Origin: the human T2T-CHM13v2.0 reference genome, Homo sapiens
DNA: 64,000 bases
NCBI RefSeq assembly: GCF_009914755.1
Contig: NC_060926.1
Reading direction: 5' to 3' (one strand)
A model generated the notes under the pieces. That model saw only the letters and a program-made list of their open reading frames with translations. It did not search any database and was not told where the DNA came from. Both the position numbers and the translations under genes were made by a program. Positions 49,126 through 64,000 of this stretch are shown here, piece after piece (the stretch's first letter is position 1; each line of letters opens with the position of its first letter).

Positions 49126-52002
49126 TGCAATTCTTATAGTGTGTTTTTCAGCTCTATCAGATCCGTTTGGTTCTTTTGTATAATTGCTATTTTGCCTATC
49201 AGCTCCTGTATCATTTTGCTGTGATTCTTAGCTACCTTGGATTGGGTTTTGATGAATGTCCTTCTGAATCTCAATGATTTTTATTCCTATCCATATTCTG
49301 AATTCTATTTCTGTCATTTCAACCCATTTAAGAATGCTTGCTGGGGAACTAATGCATTCATTTAGAGGAAAGAAGGCACTCTGGCTTTTTGAGCTGCCAG
49401 AGTCCTTGTGCTTTCTTTCTCATTTGTGTGGGCTGATATTCCTTCAGTCTTTGAAGTTGCCGTCCTTTGGATGAATTGTTTGGCTTTTTTCTTCTTTGAT
49501 GCTGTTGGGGGTTTGATTACAGTATAAGGTGAATTCAGTTGACTGGCTTCAATTCTAGTCTACTCATGGGTCTTGGAGGGGCCTCTTCTGATTATTGTCT
49601 CTGTTCTCACATTGCTTTTTTTGGATGCTGCTGACCATGGGGTTTCCTCAGGTAGGGACCACAGTTGGCAGTCAAGCTGCATCCTTGCCAGGTTGGCCCT
49701 AATCTGATTTCCATGTGCTTCCTGGGGAAACACAGGGCTGTGCCTGCCCACAGAGTTCAGACAGAAGCAGAACTACTGGGTTGGAAGCTCTAGCAGATGT
49801 TCAATATACTTTTTAAAATTTTCTTTGAGACTTCCTTTTTGATCCATGGATTGTTTAGAAGTGTATTGTTTAAGTTTCCAAGAGTTTGATGATTTTCATG
49901 TTATCTTCCTGTTTTTGATCTCTAGATTGATTCCACTTTGGTCAGAAAAACACACTATGATTGATTTTAATTATTTTAAATTTGTTGAGGTTTGTTTTAT
50001 GGCCTAGAATATGGTCTATCTTGGTATACATTCCAAGGACACTTGAAAAGAATGTTTATTTTGCCTTTCTTGGGTGAGATGTTCTGTAAATATTAATTAA
50101 GTGCTGTTGATTTATGGTACTGATGATTTTTTCTATATCATTAATAGATTTCAATCAACTTATTCTATTAAATGTTGAGAGAGAGGTGTTAAAAATCTTG
50201 AAGTATAATGGTGAGTTTGTCTATTTCTCTATTCAGTTCTATCGGTTGTTGCTTTACATATTTTGTAGCTCTGTTGATTCATACATACAGAATTAGGATT
50301 GAAATGCCTTTTGATCGATTAACCATTTTTATAATTGGCAATGTTCCTTTCTGTCTCTGGTAAATTTATATGGTCTAAAGTCTATTTCATCTGATATTAA
50401 TATAGGTACTCCTACTTTCTTTTGATAAAAGTTTATATCCTGTGTCTTTTTTCGACTTATTCTTTCAACCTACCTATGTTATTATGTTTGCAGTCAGTCA
50501 AAGTAAATAGCATCCAGTTATGTTGTCAACTTTTCCACATTCCCTTACTCTTTCATTGGTGTGATTAGATCATTTACATTTTGTGTGATTATTGATATGT
50601 TAGACTTTGTGTTTGAATTTTGTTATTTTTTATGTTTGTTCTGTCTTTCATCTTGTATTAGTTAATGTAATGTTTAACTAAATTATGTAATTACATTTAA
50701 AAAGATAAGTGACATATATAGTTTAGAAAAAAATACTATCCTCCCAGAGGGAGTACAATTTGATTTCTGTCAGCAGAAGAGTTAGATGTACTAGAGAACA
50801 GCCAAATAACTGTGAAGATTCACTGTACCATAGCTATAAGTAAGCATGTTTTATAGAAGGCTTACGAGTATTAATCTAAGAAAATGGATAAGTGTCCTTT
50901 GCTTATGAGAAATATGGTTTCATGTACAACAAAAATATATGATTACCTTACCAAAATAATAATAGTTCTATCTGTTTCCATCCTGGGCTGTGAAATATGT
51001 AGAGTTAGAAAATGCCTCTTGATATGATTTGGGTTGGAATTGAGAAGAACTGAACAATAGTAAGAGGCATAAAATTTATTACTTGGTTAATAGAATTGTA
51101 ATCTGATGTTAGTGATCTTTGGAAATGGCAGATAACTAAATGCTTTGTTTTGTGGAGTAATTTTGCCTGTTTCTTGGACATGTCCTACTTCCTCATTCCC
51201 TAGTATTGGCGTTAAAATCTCTAGCTGGTCACTTTTGACTCCTCTGCTCCACCTCCCCACTCCCCGCCATACACATACAGTGCACACACACACAATGTAT
51301 CAGCTTCTTTTTTCTCTTAGTCAACTTAATCTTTGCAGAAATCCATTTAAAGGTGACTCAAATGCGACCTTTGTTTAGTCTACAAGAAAAAAAATCATCC
51401 ATTCACATTTTCCCATCAGGGAGTGACTGTAAAACCTCTTGTTTTCAGATTTCTTCAAGCAAGCCTCAGTCACCAGTTCCCTGTGTCTTGCAAATCCAAG
51501 GAGATAATGTCAGCTTCTCCAAAAAATCTCACTAACCTTTGTGATGTTTGCCTTAACATCACATGTGACTGGGGACTTCTGCAGTCTAATCTACACCCAG
51601 CTGAGCTGATTCTACTGTAGACTTTCTCATACAGCTTGAGATGATGAGAGAAACATCTAGCTCATCCTCATGTATGTGGGTTTGCAATACAGTACACCAG
51701 CAAACCTCTCCAAGGAATTTCTGCCTTTTAAAATTTTATCATTAAGATGTTGAATTTTTTTCCCATTTTACTCTAGGTTTGTCATGAGCTAACATTTGGA
51801 AATTATTTTTTGTGTTACTCTTTATTAAGTTTTGCAATAAATGACCTGGCACTTTACTTTCCGGTAAGTTGTCTCTTATACCCTTTGTTCTCAGCTTTGA
51901 GATCTGACCAAAATTCTGAGACAACAGAAAAACCACACTTGACATTCTATTCCATGTATACATAAAATTTAGAAATCAATATCTGGCTTTGGCATACATA
52001 TT

Positions 52003-52755
<753 letters not shown>

Positions 52756-52789
52756 GAGGTTATGAATGTATAGATGGAAGTCATGAAGG

Positions 52790-53150
52790 TGAAATAACCC
52801 ACAAATTATGTATCCATACTGAAAAAGGACTAAGACCAAGAAATAAGAAGAAAGCTAAATAATTGCCAGAGAGACAGGAGGAAAAGCAGGAGAGTGCAGT
52901 GTCATGGAAGCCCAGGAAAGGAGATAAATTCAAGAGGAAGAAGAGCCTAGAGTGTTAAATGAGTTGGAAACTGAGATATGTTCATTGATTTAAGCAGCAA
53001 GGAAGGTGTTGATGAGATTGTCCCCGTGGCAAGATCAATGTCAGAGATTCAGTGGAGGCAAAAAGTGGATTGGGATGGGTTGAAGAGCAAGTGAGAAGTA
53101 ATGAAGTGGAGACAGTGGTAGTAGATGATTATTTCAAGAGTTTATGAAAA
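52790..53150 (-). mobile_element. L2 fragment
   Basis: ggaggaaaagcaggagagtgcagtgtcatggaagcccagg...gggttgaagagcaagtgaga...gaagtggagacag. Confidence 0.65.
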
Positions 53151-54899
53151 GAAGAAAAATAGGAAGCTCACGAAAGGAAACTAGATTTTTTCCCCTTCTT
53201 TTTCACATTAGATAAACATTGGCATCTTGGAAGGTGTTTTGAGGAGACTCCAGAAACTTAGAAGAATTATAAAAGTATTTGAAATATAATTTTTTAAAGG
53301 ATACAGTATCTCTCAGACAAATACAAATGTAAAGTCAAAGATTTTATTTAACTCGTTAATTAATGAGAGAGCAAAGGTAAAATACTATAGGGGTCTCCAT
53401 GAAACAGAGCAAATATGTGACTTATTTGCAAGTTCAACACTTAAATACAATCTCATGGCTCACCAGCCTCTGAGAACCATTGCACTTGAACTAGCCTATA
53501 AGTGATTGTACCAGACTCTCAGTGCTTGAAGGACAAGCTCTTGATTGTGCTTCTTTGTCAAATTTCAGTAGTTGACAAAGTTTCTGGCATTTGATAGGTG
53601 CCCAATGTTTGTTAAATAAACAAGTAGATTATGCATGATGCCCACAATTGCTCTAAAGACTACAGAGATAATTACAATTCAAAGCACACAGTTTCAGAAT
53701 TCAGAAGATTGTAAAAATCTTAATATGGTACATGCTAAAGTTCAGCAGTTTATTTATAGGAAGATTTTGTTTCTGCTTTTCTCCCTCATTGCTGCAAATG
53801 TTAAACATCAGTCTGTCATGCATGCAAAGTGCTGATCTAATTGGCCTATAAGAGCACTCCTTCTCCCTTTCAGCATCATAAAGATGTTATATGGATAATC
53901 CACTTAGAGGCTTCCCTTCTGTGCTACTATATTAAAAATAGCTGTTGTGTTGTTCTTGGGGATTTATAAAATGAGTTTCTAAAAGAGAAATCATAGAGCG
54001 CTAGTACTTCCACTTTGCACCAAGCCTTTAAACGATTTTACCTCCGTCACGGTGGGGCTGGTTTCCATTGATGTTTTTTGACCAGCTGTAGTCCAGTAGT
54101 GCAGAAACGAGGATTCTCTCAGGGAAAGCTTTAGAAAATACGAGGCCCTTTCTGCACTTCTTTACTGCCACTCCATGAACTTTGTCTCTTGGGGGCTGTA
54201 TCTGGCTTCCTAGAGCTCTGCACTATTTCTAGCAGACAGCATAGTCGCCATGGAGGAAAGGACTTGAATAAGCTTTCTTTGGCATCTGTTCCTCCATGGC
54301 ACTGAGTGTTATATCATCTAGAAAGAGCAAATAACTGTATTATAGCATGCAGTGTCTTCACAAATCTCCATATTTCCACCTTGTGATTCACAATCCTAGC
54401 TTTGAATGATAGCACAGTCTCCAAGGCATTTAAGACATCGTAAGGGTATTGTTTTAAATAATTATTCGAATGATCACTATGGTATGTCTGAATTATCATT
54501 ACCTCCTATCTGTGGTCAAGGAAAAGAGTTACAGGGAGTATATGCTATATCCAAGTTCCCATAGCTCATGAGAGATGAAAGAAGATAAAGACTCATCTTT
54601 TTTGGATAATTAGAAGGCTCTGTCTTATATAAAGCGTGGACAGCCAGAAGCTTCATGAGATCATGTATCTCAGGCTCTTATCTTAACAAAATCTCAGCAT
54701 GACATAATTAGCTCATGAATATAAATATTCAGACCCTATTAGGTTCATATTTTGCCCAAATATTTAATTTTGTATATAAAAGAGAGTTCCCAACCAGAAA
54801 TCAAATACACTACTCGAGAAATCTCTGAAGTCTCTCTTTGAATGTAGAAAACCATTCCTGTCTTATGATTTCATTGATTATTACAATTATATGTTGAAA

Positions 54900-55110
54900 T
54901 ATCTTTGGGGTAGCTACCATGTATTGAATGTCTACTCTACAAAATGTGGTATTTCATATTCATTCAAAAGTGAGTGATATTATTGTGATTTTACAGATGA
55001 AGAAATGGAAGCCTACAGAGATGAAATAACTGTGTTGTGTTCACTAAGCTGGGAAGTGTTTGAAGTTGGGATATAAACATAGGTCTGATATCTTCCAACC
55101 ATTTTCCACC
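54900..55110 (-). mobile_element. MIR
   Basis: attttacagatgaagaaatggaagc core motif. Confidence 0.6.
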
Positions 55111-57384
55111 TTGTCATTGCAACTCAACATAACTATGTGGATATCCTATCTAAGCAGAACTTTATGCTCCTGAAATAGACAGAAGCCATTCCATCTAAGC
55201 ATTATTAAATCACTATTCACACAAATATACATATTTTTCTCTTTATTCTTTTGCACATTTTAGTATGATCGTTTGAATACAGTAATTCATTTTTAGATCA
55301 TTCATGCCACTCTAGAGGATATCATTGGGTTATTTCATTTTCAAAAGGTCAAAGAAAATGAAATAAAAAATGGATGTGAAAACAGAGAAAGAAAACACTT
55401 TGCATGCTAACACCTAAATCTTAAATGGCACGTCAGTTTTAAAATATGTTAAAGCAGATTAGATTTAAAAGGTTTAGCCATTAGAGATTTTTCCATTGCC
55501 AGTAATGTGGTCAATTGAAACTAGTTAAAATATTTTAATAGAAGTTTTCTTTTCATTATAATTCTTTTAAGAGTGGATATAGTCTCCAACTAATAAAGAT
55601 AATCCTAAAATACTTTAGGGCCCTATTTAAGAAAATGAGAGTGACTGCGGCAAGTTGCAGAATTTTATTCTTGACTGAGAAGGGAAAGAAGGCAGTATTT
55701 CTGCTTTATATGGAAAATTAACTGCCTAAATGTGAAGCCAGAATGAAAATAAGGTTACACAGCATTAAAATCTGCATCTCATGGGGAATTTATGTTCAGT
55801 ACTCCTTCAGCGTAAAATTCCACAGGTTTTCTTAGGCACACAGCAAGTCATATGAACGTGACCTCTAAAGAGGTGAGAAGCAAAGAGACATAATGATATA
55901 CTCTGCCTCTCAAAGCTCAAATAGCAGCATGTTGTATTTTTTGCACATGGGAGAACCTCAGTGAATTATGAAACATACCATTTTCAATTTCACAGCATTC
56001 TTTCTGTTAGGACAGTAGCAAATACCAAAATAATCATGTCCATGCCTAGCTTCTAAATGAGATCAGTTAATCTAAAGAAATTAGGTAACATGCCCACAAT
56101 CCCTGAATCAGCTCTTCCCCTCCCTGAACAGTCTTTCTTCAGAGAATATTAAATAATTGTACACATGCACATAGGCAAGAATCTTTCTTTAAAATGTTGG
56201 ACATACGAGTTTTAACATTGGACCCAACCAAAAATGGGGTAAGAACCAGGACTAGAATTGTAGCTTTTCTGTGCCTATTTACTTCCAGCTGTAAAATGAG
56301 AGCACAGTACAAGATTTTTCACCCAAAAGGTGCATATATGCCAAATTGTTTTCTATTCATTTGCACATTCTAGGAGAAGCAAGGATGAAAAGGCTTATTC
56401 TGCAGAGAAATAACAGGCATCAGAAATGTTGAAGCCCTACCCATGGTGAATGGTGACGTCGTTTCCAGCACCAGAATGAAAAATGTGTAGCAGTGTTCAC
56501 TTGGATGTCCAGGCAATCTGGCCTCTCTGACAGGATACTGTCTCTAGATAGTATCAGCACAGGAAGCTGATTCTTCCTTCTGAAAGACCCAAGGTCCCTT
56601 AACTGAGCATTTCTGAAGACTGCAGGCACATGGCTGCCTACTTAGTGTACTTGTGAGCAAAAGGCCCCTTTTTGAGAAAATATTCTGTTATCAAATTCAT
56701 AACACATCTATCAAATTGATAATACAGTATGGATCAATAGGTACATCACATTGAACAATCTACAGAAATTCAAGTGACTGTCTTTTATTTTGAGAACATG
56801 TCTTACTGCATGTGTTTTCCATTCCTAGTTTGCATTTACAGTTTTTTTATTTGGGTCTTCATGCCAGGGACTTCCATGGGACTGTGTGCCTTAATTTGTG
56901 CTTGCTTGTCAAGGGCCAGATAGGGCTTGCATTTGTTTCACCTGAGAACCTAAAAATCTGTCAGATGTTAATAAAATTGACTGGAATGCAGGCAGAATTG
57001 TGGTAGGAACATATCTGAAAAATTCAGCATTTCAAGAATGTATCTCATTTTGATCGGGGATTATAAAATAGCTGTGAAAATGTTTGCCTGTGGCTTGTCT
57101 CAGGATCTAAGGTCTGCACACCTTGTACCACATGTGAGCTTTCCACTCACTGAGAGTAAACATAGTGAGGCAAATCTGCATTCAAAACTATGAGTACACA
57201 ACTATTTTGACAGTTGTTCTGTTTAATTCATCCATTGGGGGTGGTGCAGAGTCAGTGACCGTTATTAAGAAGTTCTTGTCTGGCTGTAGACACACAACTA
57301 GCTATTTTTAAAGCTACGAAGAAACTTACTTTAATAGATATATAAATGCCCAGTTATAATCTTATGCCTGTAAGGATAAATGTA

Positions 57385-57853
57385 GAGTACTGGTTTGCTA
57401 GGGGTGCCGTAACAAAATGCCACAGATTGAGTAGCTTAAACCAGAGAAGAGAAAAAAACTTTTTTTTGTTTTGTTTTGTTTTGTTTTGCAGTTTTAGAGG
57501 TTAGAAGTCAAGATCAAGTTGCTTGCAGGGTTTGTTTTCTCTGAGAGCCATAAGTGAAGAAGCTATTCCAGGCCTCTCTCCGTGGCTTGCAGATGGCCTC
57601 CCTCTTGCTGCCTCTTCACATGCTCATTCCTCTATGAACATGCACCCCTGCTGTCTCTTTATGGGTCCAAATTTCTTCTGATAAGGAGGACCAGTCAGAC
57701 TGCTTTCTTTTTATGAGGAAACTAGTCAGACTGGCCATCCTAATGGCCTCATTTTAACTGAATTATATCTTTAAGGGCCCTGTCTCCAAATACAAGCATA
57801 TTCTCAGGTACTGGGGATTAGAATTTTAGGGGTACACAATTCAACCCATAACA
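57385..57853 (-). mobile_element. MaLR LTR (MLT1A/MLT1B-like)
   Basis: tttgctaggggtgccgtaacaaaatgccacaga...gtcaagatcaag...ctgtctccaaataca...aggtactgggg...acacaattcaacccataaca. Confidence 0.85.
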
Positions 57854-59364
57854 GTATTCAATGAAATCAATTCACTAAAGTGGATGGATGTGCTGAGTGC
57901 ACAGGAATAAAACAGGAAATGTAGAACTCAGGCATCAAGCGCCTGTAGGAGTGACAAGGATGGTGTTGATTTTGTGGCTGTGCAGTTAATCAGGATTGAT
58001 AAAATCATAAATAATTTGATGCATTCTCTTCCCTGGAAATGGTAGCTTCTGCTTTGTTATTTAATATGTAAACCCATTCTGGAAGGAGTAATAGAAATAT
58101 CATGAGAACAGATGATCCATTAAAAAAATTGTTTCATAGTATTCTAGAAAAAAAGTCTCCTTGCTTACAGACCGTAATTTTAGGACTGATTTTGTTTCTC
58201 TCACGTATCATGGGTTTTTAGAAAAGTTTAGATGCTGAGTTCCATCTAAACAAACATTTTTAAAGTTTTGGCAATAAAGTTTTAGTTCATTATACATAGA
58301 GATATAAATTATGTTTTTCCTCCTCTCCCCAGAGGAGTTAGCCTATTTTCTTTATGTCTTTCACTCTAGAAGAAGTGTCTTCACCATATTTGGACATTTC
58401 TCAGTTGCGCTTTCTTCTGAATCCTTTATGTGAATATAAAATTCACAAAATATTCAAATCCATTTGACAAACATTTAGTAAGTACCTGCAATGTTCAAAG
58501 AAAGCAGTATGTTAGACTCAGTGTGGCTACAAAGGTGGATAAAGCATGGTCTTAATGAGCTGACAGTGCAGTGGGGGAAACAAGATGTGTCAAAAGTGAC
58601 TAGAGTACGAAGCAGAATGGTAAAGGTGTAAATGCTAGAGGAGCTCTGACATGGAGTGATTGTTCTTAGCTGGGGCATTTGGGGAAAGCTTCCTAAACCA
58701 GGTGTCACTTCGACCCCATGTGAAAGCAGTTGGAATTTCTATAGAAAATGGTGGCAAAGCGGGGCATTCAGAGGAGGTTTCTTTAGACAAACGTGTAAAC
58801 ACTGGTGGAGAAGCAGAAAATGCATTCATTAAATGCTGCTGTCCCTTTGGGAATAGCCAGAAGGATGGCCCAGATCAGACTGGTGGAACCCACAGGAGCC
58901 ACCAGTCTAAAGGTAAAAGGTTCTAAGTGCCAAGTTACTGAAAAGTCACTGGGAAACCAGGAAGCCCAGTTAACTCAGCTGCTAAACCTTACTTCTCAAT
59001 ACTTCATCAAGCCTTGTTAAATGAGGGGGCAAGCCACATTGTTTCTCTTGACCCTTCTAAAGTGATTTGTGCAGTAGAATGTGATGATGTTGTGACGATC
59101 ATTATAATTTCTCTATCTAGTTATTGTATTTGTCTATTCTTCTTGCTGCTGTTCCTGGATACTATGTCAATATAAAATGTCATGAGACTTTTAAGAGTCA
59201 GCTCATCATTTATCAAGTACCTGCCATGTAAAAGGCACAATGCTACAAGAGTTTTAGAGAAGAATAGGATACGTAGCTGTAAAGGAGTTGGTATTTTACC
59301 TCTCATGCCATTCTAGCCTACATTATTTCAGTTTCTGGAATTGATAAATAAATTACAGTAGGGA

Positions 59365-59595
59365 AACAGGATGATGCAGAAGTTAAAAATACCAGCTTAG
59401 CATCAGACTGAAATAGTCCACCACTGTCTTAAGTGTGTGGCCTTGGGCAAGTTACTTAAGCTCTCTAACATTAGTTTCTTCACTGTAAAATAGAGGTAGC
59501 TACCTCATTAGTATTGTTAAATCTGTTTAATAAAAAGGATGTATTTAGAGCAGAGCACTTTGCACAAAGTAATATTCAAGGAATGTTGGCCTTTA
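59365..59595 (+). mobile_element. MIR
   Basis: gtgtggccttgggcaagttacttaagctctct...agtttcttcactgtaaaatagagg. Confidence 0.75.
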
Positions 59596-59694
59596 TGATT
59601 TCTTTAAGGACTACATTTCCTCATTTTTCGTATTTCTGAGTAGGAAAGTTAGAGTCAAAGAAGCTGAACAATAGGAAATATGGTGAGTAAAATA

Positions 59695-60450
59695 TTTTCT
59701 GGTTCTTTATTGTTGCATAACAAACTACCTCCAAAATTTGGTTATTTAATGCAGTTTGTTTTAATCACTCATGGTTCTATGGGTTGACTTAACTCAGCTG
59801 GAGAGCCTTACTTGGAATATCTCATGATGTTTTCATCTAACGTGGGCCAGGGTTATAGTTATATGAAGTTACAGGACTGAACATCCATGATAGGACTGAA
59901 CATCCAATATCCTCCAGGCAGCTGATGCTTCTGTTGCCTGGGACATCAGTTGGGGCCACAGAATGGAGCACCTACAAATGATCTCTCCAAGTGATGTGAG
60001 CTTCTCAATACGTGGTGATGGCTTCTGAGAGGGAGCCTCCCAAAAATGAGAGTCCTGAGAGACAGGACACCCTGGCAGAAGCTGCAAGGCTTCTTTCTTC
60101 ACTCACATATCTAGGTAGCTTGTGCTCCTTGTGCGCTCTCTCTCTCTCTCTCTCTCTCACACTCTCACTCTCTCTTTCTCTGCCACCTTGTTTTTTGAGG
60201 CCACGGTAGTCTCAGATATAATCACACTTCTAACATGGTAGCTGGCTTCCAAGAGGCAGGAAGCAAAACCTGCCATGCCAGTGAAGGGCTAAGCCAAGAC
60301 TGGAAAGGTTGGTCAAGTGCCATTTCTGCTGTGCTCCCTCAGAAAAGTTCCCACGAGATGAATGTTGATTCATGGAGGAGAAATAGCCTCACTTCTTGAT
60401 GGAGGAGTGGAAGGTACATTACACAGGAGCATACAGATGAGGAAACTGTC
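59695..60450 (-). mobile_element. Old MaLR LTR sequence (MLT1F-J-like), possibly two elements, with a (CT)n tract at about 60136-60181
   Basis: tattgttgcataacaaactacctccaaaattt...ctcatggttctatgggttgact...gggccacagaatggagcacctaca...gtgagcttctca. Confidence 0.65.
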
Positions 60451-60759
60451 CTATGAAAGTACTGTAAAAATTGGTGGGGAGGCATGATTTGTCCTTATTT
60501 TTCTGATGAAAAGCCTAAGGCTAAGGATGTTATGAGGTAGCCAAAGTAACTTCTATTAAATGGAAGAGCTCCACATTAAACTCTGGCTCCAAATTAGATC
60601 TTCTGGGAAAACTGCCCTCTGCCTCTCCTCCAATAACTTGTCATTTGCTTTCTTTGGAGATGGGAAAAACCATGGGGGCTGACAGCAGTGATCTTCTCCC
60701 AACTCCCATCCATCTACATATCCACACCTACACCCTCATCTCCTGTGCCTGTGCCTTTG

Positions 60760-60940
60760 ATCACATGTCCTGCTGTGAACCTCACTGTCAGCATCATAAA
60801 ATGAGAATAGCACCTTCCCATAGGGTTGAAATGAAAATTCCATGAGTATAATACAACTAAAGTGCTTAACACCATGCCTGATATGTAATGAGCGTTCAAT
60901 ACCTCCTACCTATTATTGCTGTTATTATTATTACTATTCA
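60760..60940 (+). mobile_element. MIR fragment
   Basis: ctgtgaacctcactgt...taaaatgagaatagcaccttcccatagggttg...aaagtgcttaacaccatgcctg...gcgttcaata. Confidence 0.65.
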
Positions 60941-62274
60941 AATTTTTTAGGATAGGAATTTACATTGCCATCTCTTTCTCTTCATTATTAGTCTTTCCTA
61001 AGCCAACTCTCTTCTATAGGAATGGTTTTTACCTAGGCTACCTCCTAATTGCCCAAATTTGGGCATATTGGAGATATTTTTATTGCATTTTTTTCTTAAA
61101 CTCCCTGCTGCATTTGAAATGCCCTACTTCCTTGGTGTTCATGACTTTGCACTCTTCCCTGACTTCCTGTGTCAGCCACAAATAGTTGTGCAGGTTTAAA
61201 GCATCTCAAGGGCACACATCTAAGGGAAGGGGATGCACATGAAACATAAGGTAGAGTTGTGCATCTATCATGACGATTTTCCAGCAGATGGCAGTAACAT
61301 GATCTGGTCTAATGAAATCAGTACATTGTGACAACCTTCTGACAGATAGAGAAAAGTGTTTTGAGGAGGCACCTTTTTCCAGCTTACAGAAATGCTCCAT
61401 GTGGACTGATGGTGGCTGAACTTCTGACTGTTTCTCCTCTACTGCCTTCACCAGATAATCTTTGTTTGCCCCCCAAATGCCTGAGAGGTTTGTTTCACAG
61501 CTATCTATACTGATTCTGCATGTTCTAATTCAATAATAATTGAGTCTTACTGTTGAGACTACCACCTTATTGCTGCTGAGCCCTAAATCTTTCACTCCAG
61601 TAGTGACTTCTTTGAATTTCAGATATCTCGCCGCCTGCTGGACGTATTCACCTGGATGTCTTCAGGGGAAGCTCAAACTCAACATGTCAAAAACTTAATT
61701 CACTTCCTGGCCCTTAAGAATGAAACTCCAGCATCATTTTTAAAGCCAGAGAACCCTGTTGTTCTGTATCAATATTTTCATGGAAAAGTTCAGTTTCACT
61801 TTTATGCATGAAATTAACATAGGGAGGTACAGAGAAGTATATGCTTGTTGGGGTCCCCCTGGGGGTTCATCCAGAAGAGTGCTGCCCCAAAACTGAGGGC
61901 ATGGCGTGTGCTGGATTCCCCCAGTTTTCTTCTAGATCAACTCATTCTTTGTGGTCAGTCCGGAAGGAAGCCCACGATCAGTTTTCACTTCTCTGAGGCA
62001 CACATTCATTTGGGGAAGACATTCACCCTGTTTTATCAATTTCATAAAGCCATCTCAATTAGAATATCTAGAAATTATGCTGGAATTCTTGCACTCCCTC
62101 ACTACTTTTATCCTAAAAACTACTACTTTGACGCCTAAATATTTGTAATGGATTCTCTTCCCTCTAGTCCCCTTCTCACTATCCTAATGTAGGCTTTTTC
62201 TATCTCTCAATTGGAAATTTTAATAAATTCCTTATTACATTTACTACAGAAGATGTTACCGTCTTATTCCATTG

Positions 62275-62554
62275 CAGTTGACCCTTGCGCAACACAGGTC
62301 TAAACTGTGTGCGTCCACTTACATGCAGGATTTTTTCAGTAAGTAGTCAACCCTCCATATTCACAGGTTCCGTATCTGCAACAAACCATGCACGGGAAAT
62401 ACAGTGTTGGCGAGCTGGGAAACCCGTGAATATGGAAAGCTGACTTCATATCTACACATTCCACAGGGCTCACTATGAGACTTGAACGTGTATGGGTTTT
62501 GGTATCCGGGGCGGTCCTGGAGCCAATCCCCCCTTGGATATTGAGAGGCAACTG
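62275..62554. mobile_element. MER8-like Tigger MITE inserted in an L2 fragment (about 61570-62920)
   Basis: cagttgacccttg...gtccacttacatgcaggatttttt...ggtcctggagccaatccccc...gaggcaactg followed by TA. Terminal inverted repeats cagttg / caactg. Confidence 0.8.
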
Positions 62555-63569
62555 TATGATCTGTTTTTCACACAGCTGACAGATATATGTATCTAAAGCA
62601 CAAATCTAATCCCGCCACCCCCACTTAATTCACTTGCAAGAGTTCTTGTTACCTACAGAATCAAATTCAGGAAGCTTTCTCTGACCACATCTCCCCAGAA
62701 TCCTCCATCTGTGTGTCCAGGACACCTACATTTCTTTATTATCACACTCTTTTTTGTTACAATACTCACTTGATGTATCTTTCCCTGCCATTACACTATG
62801 AGCTTCTTGAGGACCCAACTTGCATCTTAATCATTTTTGTAGTTATGGTGCCTAAAACATTTCTTGAGATAGATTAATTATTCAAAAATATTTTGAATGA
62901 GTGAAAGATGAGTATAGAATATAATGATTGAAGGGGCTTCCTGGAGGAGACTGCACTGAGTTAGGTCATGAGGGAAGAAATATTTTTAATACATAGTGGG
63001 AGAAGGTACAGTCTTCCAGGAAAGGACTTCTGAAAAAATAAAAATAAAAGTTCAAAGACCAGATGGGACAGTAACACAGCAGAATTCATACAAGGTTTCT
63101 TCTCTGGTCTTTTATATTTTGGTAATTTTCCTTTATTTTTGTTCTTCTCTTTATGTCTGTGTAAAACTTCTTTATGCTTCTATTAATATTTTTATTTCTC
63201 TAAAGGTAAGAACCCACTGAGTCTGGGAGTGTACACGAGCTAGCTCAGCATTTTAAATGTAGACAAATCTAAATATTTTCTTTTTATCATTTTATATTTT
63301 CCTGGGGACCTCTTCACTCACGGATCCACACTGAGAGGAAAATATATAAAGCAGTAGGGCAACCTGCTTTCTTTTCAAATGCCTGGTAAGATGTTCTTAT
63401 TATTTTAGGGGACTCTACAGCTCCATGTCTCTTGTGAAATAGACATTGGGTTGTATTAAAGACTTGGCATTTTTCATTCTCACATCTTAAAAAATATTTT
63501 ATCTTCTAAGATTATAATTATACATATGTTAAAGCAATAAATATATATAAGTAAGAAAGAAAAATTATC

Positions 63570-63929
<360 letters not shown>

Positions 63930-64000
63930 CTAGTAAAGATAATAGACCTCACTGAGAGATTTTACTTATTTACATATTATTTAAGCGAGAGACTCCACCA

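Noticed and set aside
56373-56446. Exon-like segment (ttctag| ... atg|gtgaat) and nearby TGACGTC CRE-like motif
   Set aside because: Stops in all three frames, a weak donor, and single motifs are uninformative without data.
59872-59905. aggactgaacatcca direct repeat
   Set aside because: Small local duplication inside an old MLT1 LTR; no further significance apparent.

Overview
Primate genomic DNA, most likely human or another great ape given the AluY and L1PA2-like elements. It is AT-rich, intronic or intergenic, and dominated by transposable elements; L1 makes up roughly 45% by eye. No host protein-coding gene is recognisable, and nearly all long ORFs are L1 ORF1/ORF2 fragments or antisense Alu/L1 frames. 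Main content: a full-length L1PA2-like element (15901-21922, minus, exact 13-bp TSD) with dead ORF1/ORF2 but an intact 71-aa antisense ORF0; a full-length L1PA7-like element; a near-full-length L1PA15/16-like element nested in an old L1MC/MD-type element with a probable 3' transduction; two 5'-inverted (twin-primed) L1s; a four-level nest L2>L1>MADE1>AluY; eleven Alus in total; several MaLR LTRs; and hAT/Tigger MITEs, MIRs and L2s. Almost all L1 sequence is on the minus strand. A few strong + strand splice-signal pairs suggest an intron of a + strand transcript. I find no evidence of a new biological system; the findings are TE-mechanism signatures and candidate RNA-processing signals. Subfamily names come from recalled consensus diagnostics, not from a database search.
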